From assembly GCA_030390025.1 (NCBI GenBank), contig CM059437.1:53134001-53198000 (forward strand): 64,000 bases of DNA, in the 5' to 3' direction. Both the position numbers and the translations under genes were made by a program. How positions within the stretch are numbered: the stretch's first letter is position 1; the number at the start of each line of letters is the position of its first letter. The stretch comes from Squalus acanthias. Its lineage: Eukaryota. The notes under the pieces were generated by a model. The model saw only the letters and a list, made by a program, of their open reading frames with translations. It had not been told where the DNA came from and made no database searches. Of this stretch, positions 1 to 13,559 are shown piece after piece.

Positions 1-3000
1 TGGCACAATATCATCCCCTGGTGTCCCTCTATGTTTCGGCGGGCAGGGAGCCAGATCCCGCAATGACACGGTAGATTCCCGACCGTCAGGATACCGAATA
101 TAGGCGTAGGTAGGGTTGACATCAGTGAGCTCAACCTCATCTACCAGGGGGTCATTCTTAGACGCCCGGACATATCTTCGGAGTAGCACTGGTCCCGGTG
201 CAGTCAGCCACGACGGGAGAGATATCCCATAGGATGAGCGACGCTGAAATCGGAAGAACCGTTCATGAGGCGTCGTATTTGTGGCGGTCGAAAGGAGGGA
301 CCGTGTGGAGTGTAATGCGTCTGGAAGTACTGCTTCCCATTGCTGGTTGGGTAGGCCCCGAGATCTCAAAGCCAGACGTACCGCATTCCAGATGATAGCG
401 TTAAAACGCTCGACTTGCCCATTCCCGACCGGATGATAAGGCGTCGTTCTGCTGGCAGCAATACCCCGTTCCGAGAGATAGGCCTTGAGTTCTCCTGACA
501 TAAAAGAAGGGCCCCGATCCGAATGAACATAGGATGCCATGCCACAGAAAGCAAATACCTGCTCAAGGCAGCTGATAACCGTGGTCGTCAGCATATTGGG
601 GCAGGGAAAGGCAAACGGAAAACGGGAATACTCATCGACCATGGTCAATAGATAAGTGTTGCGAGTTGAAGAGGGCAACGGCCCCTTAAAATCGATGCTA
701 AGCCGTTGCATTGGCTGGGTCGCATGTATGAGTATACCACCCGAGGGGCGGAAAAACTGAGGTTTCAATTCCGCACAGACTCTGCAGTCCGAGCACATCT
801 TCTTTACATCCCCGATAGAGAATGGGAGATTTCGGGACCGCACGAAGTGTAGCATGCGAGTAACGCCCGGATGACGCAACCCATCATGGATGTCTACAAG
901 CATAGAGGGTGCCATGGCGGAGCAGAATGCTCGCGTGAGGGTATCCGGAGCCACATTCTCCTTGCCAGGTCGATAGTGGATGGTGTAACCGAAAGAGGCC
1001 AATTCCAGCCGCCAAAGCTGGATTTTATTATTTTTAATTTTGGTCCGTTTTCGATTATCGGCATGAAGGCGACCGACCGCTGGTCCGTGATTCAGGTAAA
1101 GTGCTGGCGAGCTAGGAGATGAGTCCACTTCCGTACTGCCTCTATGATGGCTGTAGCTTCTTTCTCGACTGGAGGATAATGTAGCTCAGCCCCTTGAAAA
1201 GTCCTGGACAAAAATGCCACCGGACGACCTTCCTGATTCAGAGTGGCCGAGATCGCCACCTCCGAGGCATCACACTCAACAACAAAAGGAAGACTCTCAT
1301 CGATGGAGTGAAGAGCCGCTTTCTCCAACTGTTTTTTCAGGAGGTTAAAGGCTGCAACAGCCGCTGTGTCTAGTGGGAATGTGCTGGCCTTCAGTAGAGG
1401 TTGGATTCGGTCCGAGAAGTTAGGAATCCATTTAGCATAGTATGCAAACAGGCCGAGGGCCCGGCGCAAGGAGGCCGGATTCTTAGGTGGCAGGAGTTCT
1501 TGGAGTGGGCGAAGCCTTTCAGGGTCAGGTTTAATGATGCCATTGCCCACACAATAGCCAAGGATGTTAATGGTTGGTTGTGACTCAATGGATTTAGCCG
1601 CATTTAATGTCAAATTACGGTGCTGGAGTGCATCCCAAAATCGTTGGAGATTGGCGTCATGTTCCCGCTGATTGCGACCTGCGACAGTAATATTGTCCAG
1701 ATAAGGAAACGTATCCTTCAAGTCTTCCTGTTTGACCAGGTCATCCATTGCTCGCTGGAAGACAGCCACTCCATTAGTGTCCCCAAAGGGGAGGCGACGA
1801 AATTGATACAGCCGTCCATTGGCTTCAAAGGCCGTATACTGCTTGTCTGAGACCTTCAAGGGTACCTGATGATAGGCACTTTTCAGATCATATGTTGAGA
1901 ACACCGTGTACTCAGCCAGTTTATTAACCATATCATCGATGCGCGGCAATGGGTATGCGTCCAAGTCCGTATATTGATTGATGGTCTGTGAATAGTCAAT
2001 GCACAGCCGTTTCTTGTGAGGTTGTAGAGGGTTCTTAACAATAACGACCTGGGCGCGCCATGGCGACGAACAAGGCTCGATGATATCCTCTGCTAAAAGC
2101 CGAGAAATCTCAGCCGCAATAAAAGACTGGTCTTCCTGACTGAAACGTCGTGACTTTGTTATAATTGGTTTGCATCGAGGAGGGATACTGGTAAACAGTG
2201 AGGGTTCATCCAGTGAAGCTGCTGACAATGCACAGAACGGTAATCGAGGTCGTATATTAGAAATAGTGAGTTCAGGTTTGGATCCGCCGAACTCAATGGT
2301 GAGCTTCTTATGCTGCTTTTGAAAATCCAGCCCTAAGATAAGATCACTACATAAGTCCTTGAGCACCGAAAGCCGGGTGGAGGGATACCTGTGACCATTA
2401 AGTGTTATTTCAACCATACAAAAGCCAGAAATTCTGGTATTAAGTGATGACTGAGCCATCGCAATTGCCAGGTCCGATGGGAAAACATGTAGCTTTAACT
2501 CTGCAACAACCTGTTCCCTAATGAAACTATCAGTGCTACCTGAGTCAATTAAGGCATCTAAAGTATGTTCATTAATTGATGCTTTTGTAGCTGCATGGAA
2601 TAGGTTCTGAGGACAAGCAGCTGTAATTGGTGTCGTTGCACAAAGAGTGGCTGAAACTCTAGGTGTGTTTCTTCGAGAGAAAACCCGAGAGGAAGCACGA
2701 TAGATTTTAGCCGGAACATCTTGATAGGCCCTTACCGGGGCAGTTCGGTAGGACTTAGCTTGATAAGCCCTCGTAGAGGCTCTTGATAGGCAAACCTTTG
2801 CAAAATGACCCTTTTTGTTGCAATGACTGCAAAACGCATTGCGAGCAGGGCAGAATTTCCGAGGGTGAAACTCATCACCACAAAAGAAGCATTTCTTAGA
2901 TTGCCAAGAGGCTGCCACAGTGGGGTCATCATCCTCTTCATCAGTGAAGTCATCAGATTGATCGTCAGGGATAAAGTCCTCCATAATAGAGTTCACCTGT

Positions 3001-3581
3001 GGCCTCTTAAATTGCCTGACTGTAGTTAAGGCAGCAGACCGAGGTCTGGGCACTGTATAAAGGTCTGCATTTCTTTTTGCCAGATCTAGAGAGCAAGCCA
3101 TGTCATAAGCTCTCTGAAGCTCAAGTGTCTTACTTTCCAGCAGACGCTGGCGTATAAATGGGGAGGCAAGCCCGCAGATGAAAGCATCACGGATCATTTC
3201 TTCACGGAACAGCTCAGCTGAGGCCGCCTGAAAGTTACAGTCCATACTAAGTCTGCGAAGCTCTTGGAGGAATTTATCAATGGATTCCTCCGGCCCTTGT
3301 TGGGCTGTAGCTAGTAGATGTCTGGCATAGACCTCATTCGGTGTCTTAGTATATAGTCTTTTAAGCGTCCGAATTGCCTCCTCGTAACTGCCCCATTCCT
3401 CGACATACTGAAATACATTCGGGGTGACACAGTTGATGAGTATCCGCAACTTTGATTCATCATCAGCCTTGCAATATTCGAGAAAATTGTCAAACGTGCG
3501 ATACCAGTGTTTCCACACCTTACCGGCTGCTGGGGTGTTTGGGTCCAAGTCAAGACGCGATGGTTTAAGGATGTTTTCCAT
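1..3581 (-). pseudogene. gag-pol of Gypsy copy A (Gag, 2x CCHC, protease, RT, RNase H, integrase), disrupted
   Basis: ORF 3581-1092 has CFFCG..H..C/CSHCNKKGHFAKVC, LIDSGS, YLDN and ECDAS. There is an in-frame TGA at 1092-1094 where copy B has TTA, and a 1-nt deletion near 1060 relative to copy B. Integrase homology continues to the window edge. Confidence 0.9.
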
Positions 3582-3853
3582 GATGGGTGATTCCCTGGAT
3601 CCTTAGTTCTGAGTTCGTCCAAAAAGTTTGAGTGCGAAGTTTTTCAAAGTTGATTAAATTGTCGTAAGAATGAGCCTTACACGTGGTGAACTTAAAGTAA
3701 GCTTTAATCAACTAAAAAGGTGCTACATACAAAAGAGGTCTTACTCTATGCCTCTCCAGGATCCAACTGATCAGTTCAGTATTTATCCTGGACTAATCAC
3801 AGGAAGTGATGCAATAAAGTTCGAGTCACAGGAAGCTGTATTGTGTTACCACA
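1..3853 (-). mobile_element. Ty3/Gypsy LTR retrotransposon, copy A (5' LTR 3660-3853; 3' part runs off the window)
   Basis: The 194-bp LTR TGTGGTAAC...TTACGACA (minus strand) differs at about 2 sites from the LTRs at 49662 and 53908. The internal region is the reverse complement of about 49856-53520. It is inserted in the 3' part of a LINE, and the flank TGTAC (3854-3858) is the predicted TSD. Confidence 0.95.
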
Positions 3854-4217
3854 TGTACCATCTACAAGATGCACTGCAGCAACTTGCCAAGGCTTCTTTG
3901 TCAGCACCTCCCAAACCCAAGACATGTACCACCTAGAAGGACAAGGGCAGAAGACGCATAGCAGCACCACGATCTCCAAGTTCTCCTCCAAGTTACACAC
4001 CATCCAGACGTGGAATTATATCGCCGTTCCTTCATCGTCGCTGGGTCAAAATCCTGGAACTCCCTCCCTAACAGCACTGTGGGAGTACCTTGACCACATG
4101 GACTGCAGAGGTTCATGAAGGCGGCTCACCACCACCTTTTCAAGGGCAAGTAGCGATGGGGGCAATAAATGCTGGCCTTGCCAGCGACGCCCACATCGCA
4201 GGAACGAATAAAAAAAT
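3854..4217 (+). mobile_element. 3' end of a CR1-group LINE (tRNA-headed family)
   Basis: Matches the 3' end of the RT-bearing LINE at 41115-42528 and ends in AATAAATGCTGGCCTTGCC...AAAAAAA. Confidence 0.7.
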
Positions 4218-4344
4218 TGAAGTCTAAAAGGACGCAGCATCAATTAGGCTGTTTATATCGTTTGTCCATATTTAATCCCTAGAGTCAGAGTTGCTCTTTT
4301 TAAGAGGGGTCAGATAACTGAATGTTGCGCTAAATACAATAAAA

Positions 4345-4738
4345 AAGAAAGTTCTTACACTTATATACCACCTTCCACAACCCCGGAAATGTTAAAGTGC
4401 TTCACAGGCATAAAGTACTTTAGAAATGTAATCACTAAAGTAGGGAAATGCTGCAGCCAAGTTGCACACAGTAAGGCCCCACTAACTGCAAGGAAATAAA
4501 TAATCTCTTTTTCGTCCTGTTGGTTGAGGGATAAAGATTCGCCAGGATACCAGAAAAATCACCCGACGCTTCTTCAAGAAGTGTCCCGTGAGAGGGCAGA
4601 TGGGGCATCGGTTTGACCCCATCCAAAACACTAAGCCTCTGACAATACAGCACTCTCTTAGTACTGCACTGAGGCGTTTGAACACACAACCTCCCAGTTC
4701 AGAGGTCAGAATCCTACTACTGAACCAAGGTTGCCACT
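4345..4738 (-). mobile_element. Deu-domain tRNA SINE (SacSINE1-like), degenerate
   Basis: The reverse complement resembles the SINE at 30740-31185 (tRNA head, central domain, L2-like tail). Its paralog is at about 42655-43050. Confidence 0.55.
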
Positions 4739-5289
4739 ATGGGGTAGATCTTGCCTTTGTGCAATAGTGTGAGAAGAGCAATAGCAAATCGGGAGCCAGT
4801 TTTAGGTCTCTCACGACTTTTATTTCAATTTAAGTTAATTGAAATAAAAATCAGGAGCGATGTAGCAAGGTCGGCCGACTCGCTGTTGCTCGAATTACCC
4901 CTCAGTCTTTATACGTTCCTCCTTGTATTAAGGCCCTAAAACAATGATTGATGAGGTGGACACAGACAGTAAGGGCGTGAGTTAAGGTGATGCCGTATTA
5001 TTAAGAGGATGAAAGACAGCTTGCATTAAGTGTTACTCCACCGGGATGTCAGTGGTAGAATTTAGCGATAGGAACGCCAAATTACCTGGAATTTTAGGAA
5101 CATCGGAATGAATGTCAGAAAGTAAATGATCTCCACAAAGTCATTAATGTTTCAGCGAGAGATTATTCGTTTTTTTCGTGATTGCTTTTATTAACAGGTC
5201 GTTCCGTCATTTTATTGAGCCATTTTATAGGAGCAAGACAAATGCCCTGTGAACACAGTGGGAGTGTGTGCTGGATTATTTAATTTCCT

Positions 5290-6235
5290 TACAGCCTCAA
5301 TGGACTTCGTCTCCACAATGACTATGCGCTGGTCACTGCTACACAATGCTGTCATGGAGAGATGCATCTGCGACAGGTAGATTGGTGAGGACGAGGTCAA
5401 TTCGGTTTTTCCATCATGTTGGTTCTCTCACCACCTGTCGCAGGCCTAGACTGGCAGTTATGTCCTTCAGGACTCGGCCAGCTCGGTCAGTAGTGGTGCT
5501 ACCAAGCCACTCTTGGTGATGGACATTGAAGTCCCCCAGAAGTATATTCTGTGCCCTTGCTACTCTCAGTGCTTCTTCAAGTGGTGTTCAACATGGAGGA
5601 CTACTGATTCATCAGCGGAGGGAGGGTGGTAGGTAGAAATCAGCAGGTTTACTTGCCCATGCTTGACCTGAAGCCATGAGACTTCATGGGGTCTGGAGTC
5701 CATGTTGAGGACTCCCAGGGCCACTCCTTCCCGAATGTAAACCACTGTTGCTTGAATAGTCTGTGGGACAGCTCTCCCAATTTTGGCACAAGTCCCCAGA
5801 TATTGGTGAGGAGGACTTTGCACGGTCGACTGGGCTGGGTGTGCCGTTGCCGTTTCAGTAGCCGGTGCCGAGGTCGATGCTGGGTGGTCCATCCGGTTTC
5901 ATTCTTATTGTGTTTCGTAGCAGTTAGTTACAACTGAGTGGCTTGCTAGGCCATTTCAGAGAGCATTTAAGAGTCAACCACATTGCTGTGGGTCTGGAGT
6001 CACATATAGGCCAGACCAGGTAAGGACGGCGGATTTCCTTCCTTAAAGGACATTAGTGAACCAGATGGATTTTTACGACAATCCAATAGTTTCATGGTTA
6101 CCATTACTGATACTAACTTTTTATTCCATATTTATTTAATTAACTGAATTTAAATTCCCCAGCTGCCATCTCTGGATCATTAGTCCAGGCCTCTGGATTA
6201 CTAACCCAGTGACATTACCACTATGCTACCGTTCC
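5290..6235 (-). mobile_element. 5' portion of a LINE with tRNA-like head and APE endonuclease fragment
   Basis: Peptides HEVSWLQVKHG..TYHPPS and GDFNVHH, plus a head GGTAGCATAGTGGTAATG. The paralog at about 43600-44537 gives a 204-aa APE fragment (TYCPP, GDFNVH, EPTRGKNLLDLVLTN). Confidence 0.75.
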
Positions 6236-6564
6236 TCTCTGTGAGAGAGCATAATAGAGGAGATCACTGATGCCTTGGAAGCCCCCAATCTACTCTGTGT
6301 ACGATTTTGTTGAAATCGGTCAAGACGCTCGAGGCAACAATTGGATGGATAGATGTATAAAGTTGGATTGGAAAGATTGCTTTGTGGTGGCTTTTATTGC
6401 AGCATTGTGGCCAAGAGAACGCTGTGATGGTCAGTAACAGAGGTAAGGTAAGGTGTGGCACGAATGTTGAGAGGTGAATTGGGGTTGTGGCCACTGGTAC
6501 CGCAGGCGGATGATTCCATCTCAGTTATCCCAGCCAGAAAGGGGCTGTCTGGGTTGCATCCTTC

Positions 6565-6672
6565 CTTCTGCTTCCTCCTCTTCTGCGTCCTCCTCTTATG
6601 CTTCCTCCTCTTCTGCTTCCTCCTCTTCTGCTTCCTCTTTTTCTGCTCCTTCCTCTTCTGTGTCTTCCTCTT
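6565..6672 (+). repeat. 15-bp-period minisatellite (TCTTCTGCTTCCTCC)n
   Basis: About 7 degenerate units; the paralog at about 44866-44985 has a different unit number. Confidence 0.85.
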
Positions 6673-7401
6673 CCCTCTCTGAGTGGATGCTATAAATCTG
6701 AAATGACATCATAAAATGCTGGAAATACTCAGCAGGTCAGACAGCATCTTGACCTGAGATGTGAACTCTGTTTCTCTCTCCACGGATGTTGCAAGACTTA
6801 CTGAGTATTTGCAGCATTTTCTGTCTTCTCAGAGGTATCCGTTTACCACCCGAGACCTTGCAAGCTTCCAGCAGCATGGCCTACACACTTAAAAAAAACT
6901 TTTAACATCTATTGCAGCAAGCCACTACTTCAGTAAAATCAAAAAACCCCAGTCCAAAAGCTCAAATGCAAACATACCTGAAAGATGGGTGTGTCCTTTT
7001 AAGAGGTGCTGTTAGCACCTCTGTTAGTCTGTTAGCTCGCTGCGTTTACCTGGTTTGTTTAGAACCCAGCGATGAACTCAGCGCTAGGTTCGAAGTTCAC
7101 TGTGGTGACATTAAGTCGGCATTGCACGCCAACTGATGTCACCACACCGCCATTGTTCTTTGCAGGGTGATAACTCTTAAAAGCAGTGCTATCGGGCCCA
7201 CGAAAACCACCCGAATTTCATTGCTGCAGAGTCTAAACCAAGAAGTATAAATTAGAATATTCATTGTAAAATAATGTACAGAATGCAAAATAAAAACAAA
7301 AAGGAAGATGGGATTTAGAGAGAGAGAGATAAAAGAGACAGAAAAAAAAAGTATTGGCCTGGAATTTGTAGTGGGTACTAACAATAAACGAATGGCATTC
7401 G

Positions 7402-10400
7402 GACGGCGAACAGCCAGTTGTCGTGGTGCACATAGCCACCAACGATATAGGTAAAAAAGGGGATGAGGTCCTAAAAGCAGAATATCGGGAGTTAGGAGTT
7501 AAATTAAAAAATAGGACCTCAAAGGTTGTAATCTCAGGATTGCTACCAGTGCCACGTGCTAGTCAGAGTAGAAATAGGAGGATATTTCAAATGAATATGT
7601 CGCTAGAGGAATGGTGCAAGGGGGAGGAATTCAAATTCCTGGGACATTGGAACCGGTTCTGGGGGAGGTCGGACCAGTACAAACCGGACGGTCTGCACCT
7701 GGGCAGGGCCGGGACCGCTGTCCTAAGGGGAGTGTTTGCTAGTGCTGTTGGGGAGGGTTTAAACTAAAGTGGCAGGGGGTTGGGCACCTGAGCAGGGAGA
7801 CAGAGGAAAGCGTGTCAGGAAGGGACAGAAGGTATGGAGTAAAAGGTAAAGTGTTAAAAAAGGAAAAAGCAGGAACTAAGTGTCACAAAACATATTTGAA
7901 AGTTCTTTATCTGAATGCACATAGCATTCATAACAAAATGGACGAGTTAATGGCACAAATGACTACGTATGGGTATGATCTTGTGACCATTACAGAAACA
8001 TGGCTGCAGGGTGACAATGACTGGGAATTAAATATGCCAGGGTATTTAACAATCAGCAAGGACAGGCAGGAAGGAAGGGGAGGTGGGGTGTTTATGTTAA
8101 TAAAGGAAGGAATCACTGTAATACAGAGAAATTATATTGGGGTCAAAGGATCAGTATAATGAAACAGTTTGGGTGGAGATAAGGAATAATAAGGGTGAAA
8201 AACACTAGTGGGAGTAGTATATAGGCCTCCTGATAGTTGCAACTCTGCTGGAAGAAGTATTAATCAGGAAATAGTTGGGGCATGTAATAAGGGAACAGCT
8301 ATAATTATGGGGGATTTTAACTATCATATTAACTGGACAAATCAAATTGGGCAGGGCAGCCTTGAGGAAGAGTTTATTGAGTGTATTAGGGATGGATTTC
8401 TTGAGCAGTATGTAACTGATCCTACAAGGGGGCAAGCAACCTTGGACCTGGTCCTGTATAATGAGTCAGGATTAATTAATAATGTCCTAGTTAAGGATCC
8501 CCTTGGAATGAGTGACCATAATATGGTTGAATTCCATATCCAATTAGAGGGTGAGAAGGTTGGTTCTCAAACAAGCGTACTGAGCTTGAATAAAGGAGAC
8601 TATGATGGTATGAGAGCGGAATTGATTAAAGTGGACAGGGAAAATAGATTAAAGGGTAAGACGGTACATGAGCAGTGGTGTTCATTTAAGGAGTTATTTT
8701 ACAACTTTCAAAAAATATATATTCCACTGAGGAAAAAAGGGTGTAAAAGAAATGACAGCCATCCGTGGCTAAGTAAAGAAATTAAGGATAGTATCCGACT
8801 AAAAACAAGGACGTATAAGGTAGCCAAACTTAGTGGGAGGATAGAAGATTGGGAAGTCTTCAAAAGACAGCAAAAAGTAACTAAAGGATTGATTAAGAAA
8901 GGGAAGTTAGATTATGAAAATAAATTAGCAAAAAAATATAAAACAGATAGCAAGAGTTTCTATAGTTATATAAAAAGAAAAAGGGTGGTTAAGGCAAACG
9001 TAGGTCCCTTAGAGGATGAGACCGGAAAATTAATGGTGGGATACATGGAGATGGCAAAAACGCTGAACAAATATTTTGTTTCAATCTTTACGGTGGAGGA
9101 CACTAAGAATATCCCAACACTGGACAAACAGGGGGCTCTAGGGGGGGAGGAGCTAAATACGATTAAAATCACTAAGGAATTGGTACTCAGTAAAATAATG
9201 GGACTCAAGGTGGATAAATCCCCTGGACCTGATGGCTTACATCCTAGGGTCTTGAGGGAAGTGGCAGTAGGGATTGTGGATGCTTTGGTAATATTTTCAA
9301 AAATTCCCTGGACTTAGCAAAGGTCCCGGCAGATTGGAAAACTGCTAATGTAACACCCTTATTTAAAAAGGGTAGTAGGCAGAAGGCTGGATATTATAGA
9401 CCAGTTAGCCTAACATCTGTGGTGGGTAACATTTTGGAGTCTATTATTAAGGAGACAGTAACGGAACATTTAGATAAACATAATTTAATAGGACAAAGTC
9501 AGCATGGCTTTATGAAGGGGAAGTCATGTCTGACAAATTTGCTTGAGTTCTTTGAGGACATAACGTAGAGGCTGGATAAAGGGGAACCAGTGGACGTAGT
9601 GTATTTAGACTTCCAGAAGGCATTCGACAAGGTGCCACATAAAAGATTATTGCTCAAGATAAAAAATCACTGGATTGGGGGTAATATTCTGGCATGGGTG
9701 GAGGATTGGTTATCTAACAGGAAGCAGAGAGTTGGGATAAATGGTTCATTCTCGGACTGGCAACCAGTAGCCAGTGGTGTTCCGCAGGGGTCGGTGCTGG
9801 GTCCCCAACTCTTTACAATCTATATTAATGATTTGGAGGAGGTGACCGCGTGTAACATATCAAAGTTTGCAGATGATACAAAGATGGGAGGGAAAGTAGA
9901 AAGTGAGGAGGACATAAAAAACCTACAAGGGGATATAGACAGGCTGGGTGAGTGGGCGGAGATTTGGCAGATGCAATACAATATTGGAAAATGTGAGGCT
10001 ATGCACTTTGGCAGGAAAAATCAGAGAGCAAGTTATTATCTTAATGGCGAGAAACTGGAAAGTACTGCAGTACAAAGGGATCTGGGGGTCCTAGTGCAAG
10101 AAAATCAAAAAGTTAGTATGCAGGTGCAGCAGGTGATCAAGAAGGCCAACGGAATGTTGGCTTTTATTGCTAGGGGGATAGATTATAAAAACAGGGAGGT
10201 ATTGCTGCAGTTATATAAGGTATTGGTGAGACCGCACCTGGAATACTGCATACAGTTTTGGTGTCCATACTTAAGAAAAGACATACTTGCTCTCGAGGCA
10301 GTACAAAGAAGGTTCACTCGGTTAATCCCGGGGATGAGGGGGTGGACATATGAAGAGAGGTTGAGTAGATTGGGACTCTACTCATTGGAGTTCAGAAGAA

Positions 10401-10906
10401 TGAAAGGCGATCTTATTGAAACATATAAGATTGTGAAGGGGCTTGTTCGGGTTGATGCGGTAAGGATGTTCCCAAGGATGGGTGAAACTAGAACTAGGGG
10501 GCATAATCTTAGAATAAGGGGCTGCTCTTTCAAAACTGAGATGAGGAGAAACGTCTTCACTCAGAGGGTAGTAGGTCTGTGGAATTTGCTGCCCCAGCAC
10601 GCTGTGGAAGCTACATCATTAAATAAATTTAAAACAGAAATAGACAGTTTCCTAGAAGTAAAGGGAATTAGGGGTTACGGGGAGCGGCCAGGAAATTGGA
10701 CATGAGTCTGAGTTCGGATCGGTCAAGGCCCTGTGGGTGGCGGAGCGGGCCCAGGGGCTGAGTGGCCGGGTCCTGCTCCTACTTCTTGTGTTCTTTAGAT
10801 TTGAGATTAGGATCAGATCAGCCATGATCTTATTGAATGGCGGAGCAGGCTCGAGGGCCGATTGGCCTACTCCTGCTCCTATTTCTTATGTTCTTATGTT
10901 CTTATG
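7402..10906 (+). mobile_element. Young 5'-truncated CR1 LINE (ORF1 SGNH-esterase part, ORF2 APE-RT with few lesions), specific to copy A
   Basis: ORF1 motifs HIATNDIG, VISGLLP and DGLHL. ORF2 motifs YLNA, TETW, GDFN, KSPGPDG, LDFQKAFDKV, GVPQGSVLGP and FADD. The tail is (TTCTTATG)n. The empty site is at about 45810 in copy B (GCATTCG/CTGTTATTA). Confidence 0.95.
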
Positions 10907-11856
10907 TTATTAACCCTTTGAAACTGAACGCAAATTCTGGATTTAGTGGCTGCGCATCCTAATGTGGAAATCCTGAAGTAGCGGTCAGTTATTCACGGCT
11001 CCGACAGCCTCCCGCCCCCGCCAAACCCACCCCCCCCCCCCCCGCCCCCACCCCCCCCTCCACGCCCCCCCTCCCCTCCCCACTATAGGCAACAATAAGG
11101 GAAATCAGTGAAACTGATGAAAACGTGGGCTTTTCCATGATAATATTAATTTCATTAATAATGGGAAACATGGAAATGGCCGAGACATTGAACAAATATT
11201 TTGTAATGGTCTTCACGGTAGAAGACACTAAAAGCATCCCAGTAATAATTGATAATCAAGGGGCTATAGGGAGGGAGGAACTTGAAACAACGACTATCTC
11301 TAGAGAAAAAGTACTTGGCAACCTAATGGAAATAAAGGCTGACAAGTCCCCCTGGACCTGATGGCCTACATCCTAGGGTCTTAAAAGAAGTGGCTGCAGA
11401 GATAGTGGATGCGTTGGTTGTAATCTACCAAAATTCCCTGGATTCTGGAGAGGTCCCAGCGGATTGGAAAACCGCAAATGTAATTCCCCTATTCAAGAAA
11501 GGAGGGAGGCAAAAAGCAGGAAACTATAGGCCAGTTAGCCTAACATCTGTCATTGGGAATATCCTGGAATCCATTATTAAGGAAGTAATAGCAGGACATT
11601 TAGAAAATCATAATATAATCAAGCAGAGTCAACACGGTTTATGAAAGGAAAATCGTGTTTTTCAAATTTACTAGAGTTCTTTGAGGATGTAACGAGCAGC
11701 GTGGTTAAAGGGGAAACGGTAGATGTAGTGTATTTGGATTTCCAGAAACCATTTGATTAGGTGCCACAAAAAAGGTTACTGCACAAGATAAGAGCTCACG
11801 GGGTTGGGGTAATATATTAGCACGGATAAAGAATTGGCTAACTAACAGAAAACAAA

Positions 11857-12513
11857 AGGCTGGATTTTCATTGTCCCGTGGAGGCGAGTTTGGAGGCGTG
11901 TGGGGGGTTAAAATTGCGAAAACTGGCGGGCGGGCACAAGTCCGCCTCCATCCCGCCTCCACGCAATTTTCATTAAATCGTGTCTGCTGGTCCCGACTCC
12001 ATCCCACCTCTAAGAGGCGGGATAGGCTGTTAAGGCCGTTAACAAGCACTAAATTGCCTCTATAATGCCATTTTGAAAGGCCTTTGTGATTTTAACCCTT
12101 GTTCTACGTGAAGCACGCCTGTTCTGAACCACGATTGTGAAACCTGGCGGGGAGCATATTTGGCTGGCTGGCTGTGGAGATGTATATATGGATGGAGAGG
12201 AGACATATCTGGGAGTGGTGGTGTAAAAATATCTGGGAGCAGACTTAGGACTGCTGCTGCTCATTTTGCAGGTCCTCTCACAGCAAAGGCCAGGCAGTCT
12301 TTGAAGACCTTCAATGCAGCAGCAATGATGACATCATTAAAGGCGACATTCAGACTGAAAACACTAATTGGTTCATGGGTTTCCACATGCTGGAACTCAA
12401 TTGCCCAATTAGGTGAAAATTGCATCAATCTCCTACATCCAATTGCAGTCGGGTGGATAACCCGAAAAGTGGATGACACGACCCCAACACACCCCAGTGT
12501 CAAAATCCAGCCC
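11857..12513. mobile_element. Harbinger-type MITE with AAA TSD, specific to copy A
   Basis: Termini AGGCTGGATTTT...AAAATCCAGCCC flanked by AAA on both sides. The empty site ACAAAGAATCGGG is at about 46716. Confidence 0.85.
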
Positions 12514-12706
12514 AAAGAGTCGGGATAAATGGGTCATTTTCCAGGTGGCAAACTGTAACTAGTGGGGTGCCACAGGGATCAGTGCTGGAGCCTCAACTAT
12601 TTACAATCTATATTAATGACTTTGAAGAAGGGACCGTCTGTACTGTCACCAAATTTGTTGATGATACAAAGATAGGTGAGAAAGCAAGTTGTGAGGACGA
12701 CACAAA

Positions 12707-13559
12707 GGGGGGAATTTTGCCAGCGCTCAGTGAGCGGGTTTGGAAGTGCGACTGCTGGCAAAATTACAAAGATTGACAGCGGGTCCCGAACCAACTGCCA
12801 ACCCGCCTCCATACAATCTTCCCAAGTGTCGGGTCACCGATTTGCACAGGGACCCGACACCTAGCGGCGGTAAGAGGATTATAGGTAGTTAACAGGCAGT
12901 TAAGAGGCTTTTTTCAATTTTGCCAGGTCGACTGCGGGCTTCCCGACGTCCAGACACCACGCCAGGGTAAGTGTGACGTGTGGTGGGTCTACTGTAAGGT
13001 TTGTGCATTGATGACGGCTGCAGAAGTGGTGTGAAGGATCCAATGGTACACTGGTGAATTTCAGAGGTAAGAAAATGTTGGGGAAATCATTTTTAATCTA
13101 TTTAGACTTTTCTGTAGGTAATAAGATTTGAAGTTTTTGTGTAGTCCCACCTCATTGGGAGAACCTCTCTCAAAGTGACAGATCGCTTCTGTAAACTCAC
13201 CTGCAGCTGCCATCTGTTTTATCCTAAGGAGAGAGTCTCTGGAGAGGCTGGGTGCAAGGGCTCACCTTTGTACAGTGAATGGCAGTGTTTGCAGCACCTC
13301 AATGCTGTCAAACACTGAAAAATCATCTGTCAATAGAATGAGCAAGTCCCCTTTAAGAAAACCGGCAGATGCCGCGTCATCAAGTGACGTCATCTGACAC
13401 CGGCTTCCTCTGAATTGGCCGGCAAGCCCACAGGGCGGGCTTAACAAGCACAATTGAAGTAAAATTACGTCGGTGCGTCGGGCGTCGTTGGGGGCGGGAT
13501 CAGAACCCGCAAGTCAGCTGACCCACTCCCAACTCGCACTGAAAGGTAAGATCCCGCCC
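12707..13559. mobile_element. Harbinger-type MITE with AAA TSD (shared by both duplication copies)
   Basis: Termini GGGGGGAATTTTGCC...GGTAAGATCCCGCCC with an AAA duplication. It interrupts the CR1 RT, and its paralog is at 46910-47778. Confidence 0.8.

Noticed and set aside
6455-6695. Ser-rich, Phe/Leu-rich or Lys/Arg-rich ORFs (also 44696-45012)
   Set aside because: They are translations of a 15-bp minisatellite, which has no spacers and is not CRISPR-like.
11005-11082. Poly-C tract as a functional G-quadruplex or switch-like region
   Set aside because: It lies within a MITE remnant and is not conserved in copy B (about 45920-45960), so it is likely slippage or low-quality sequence.
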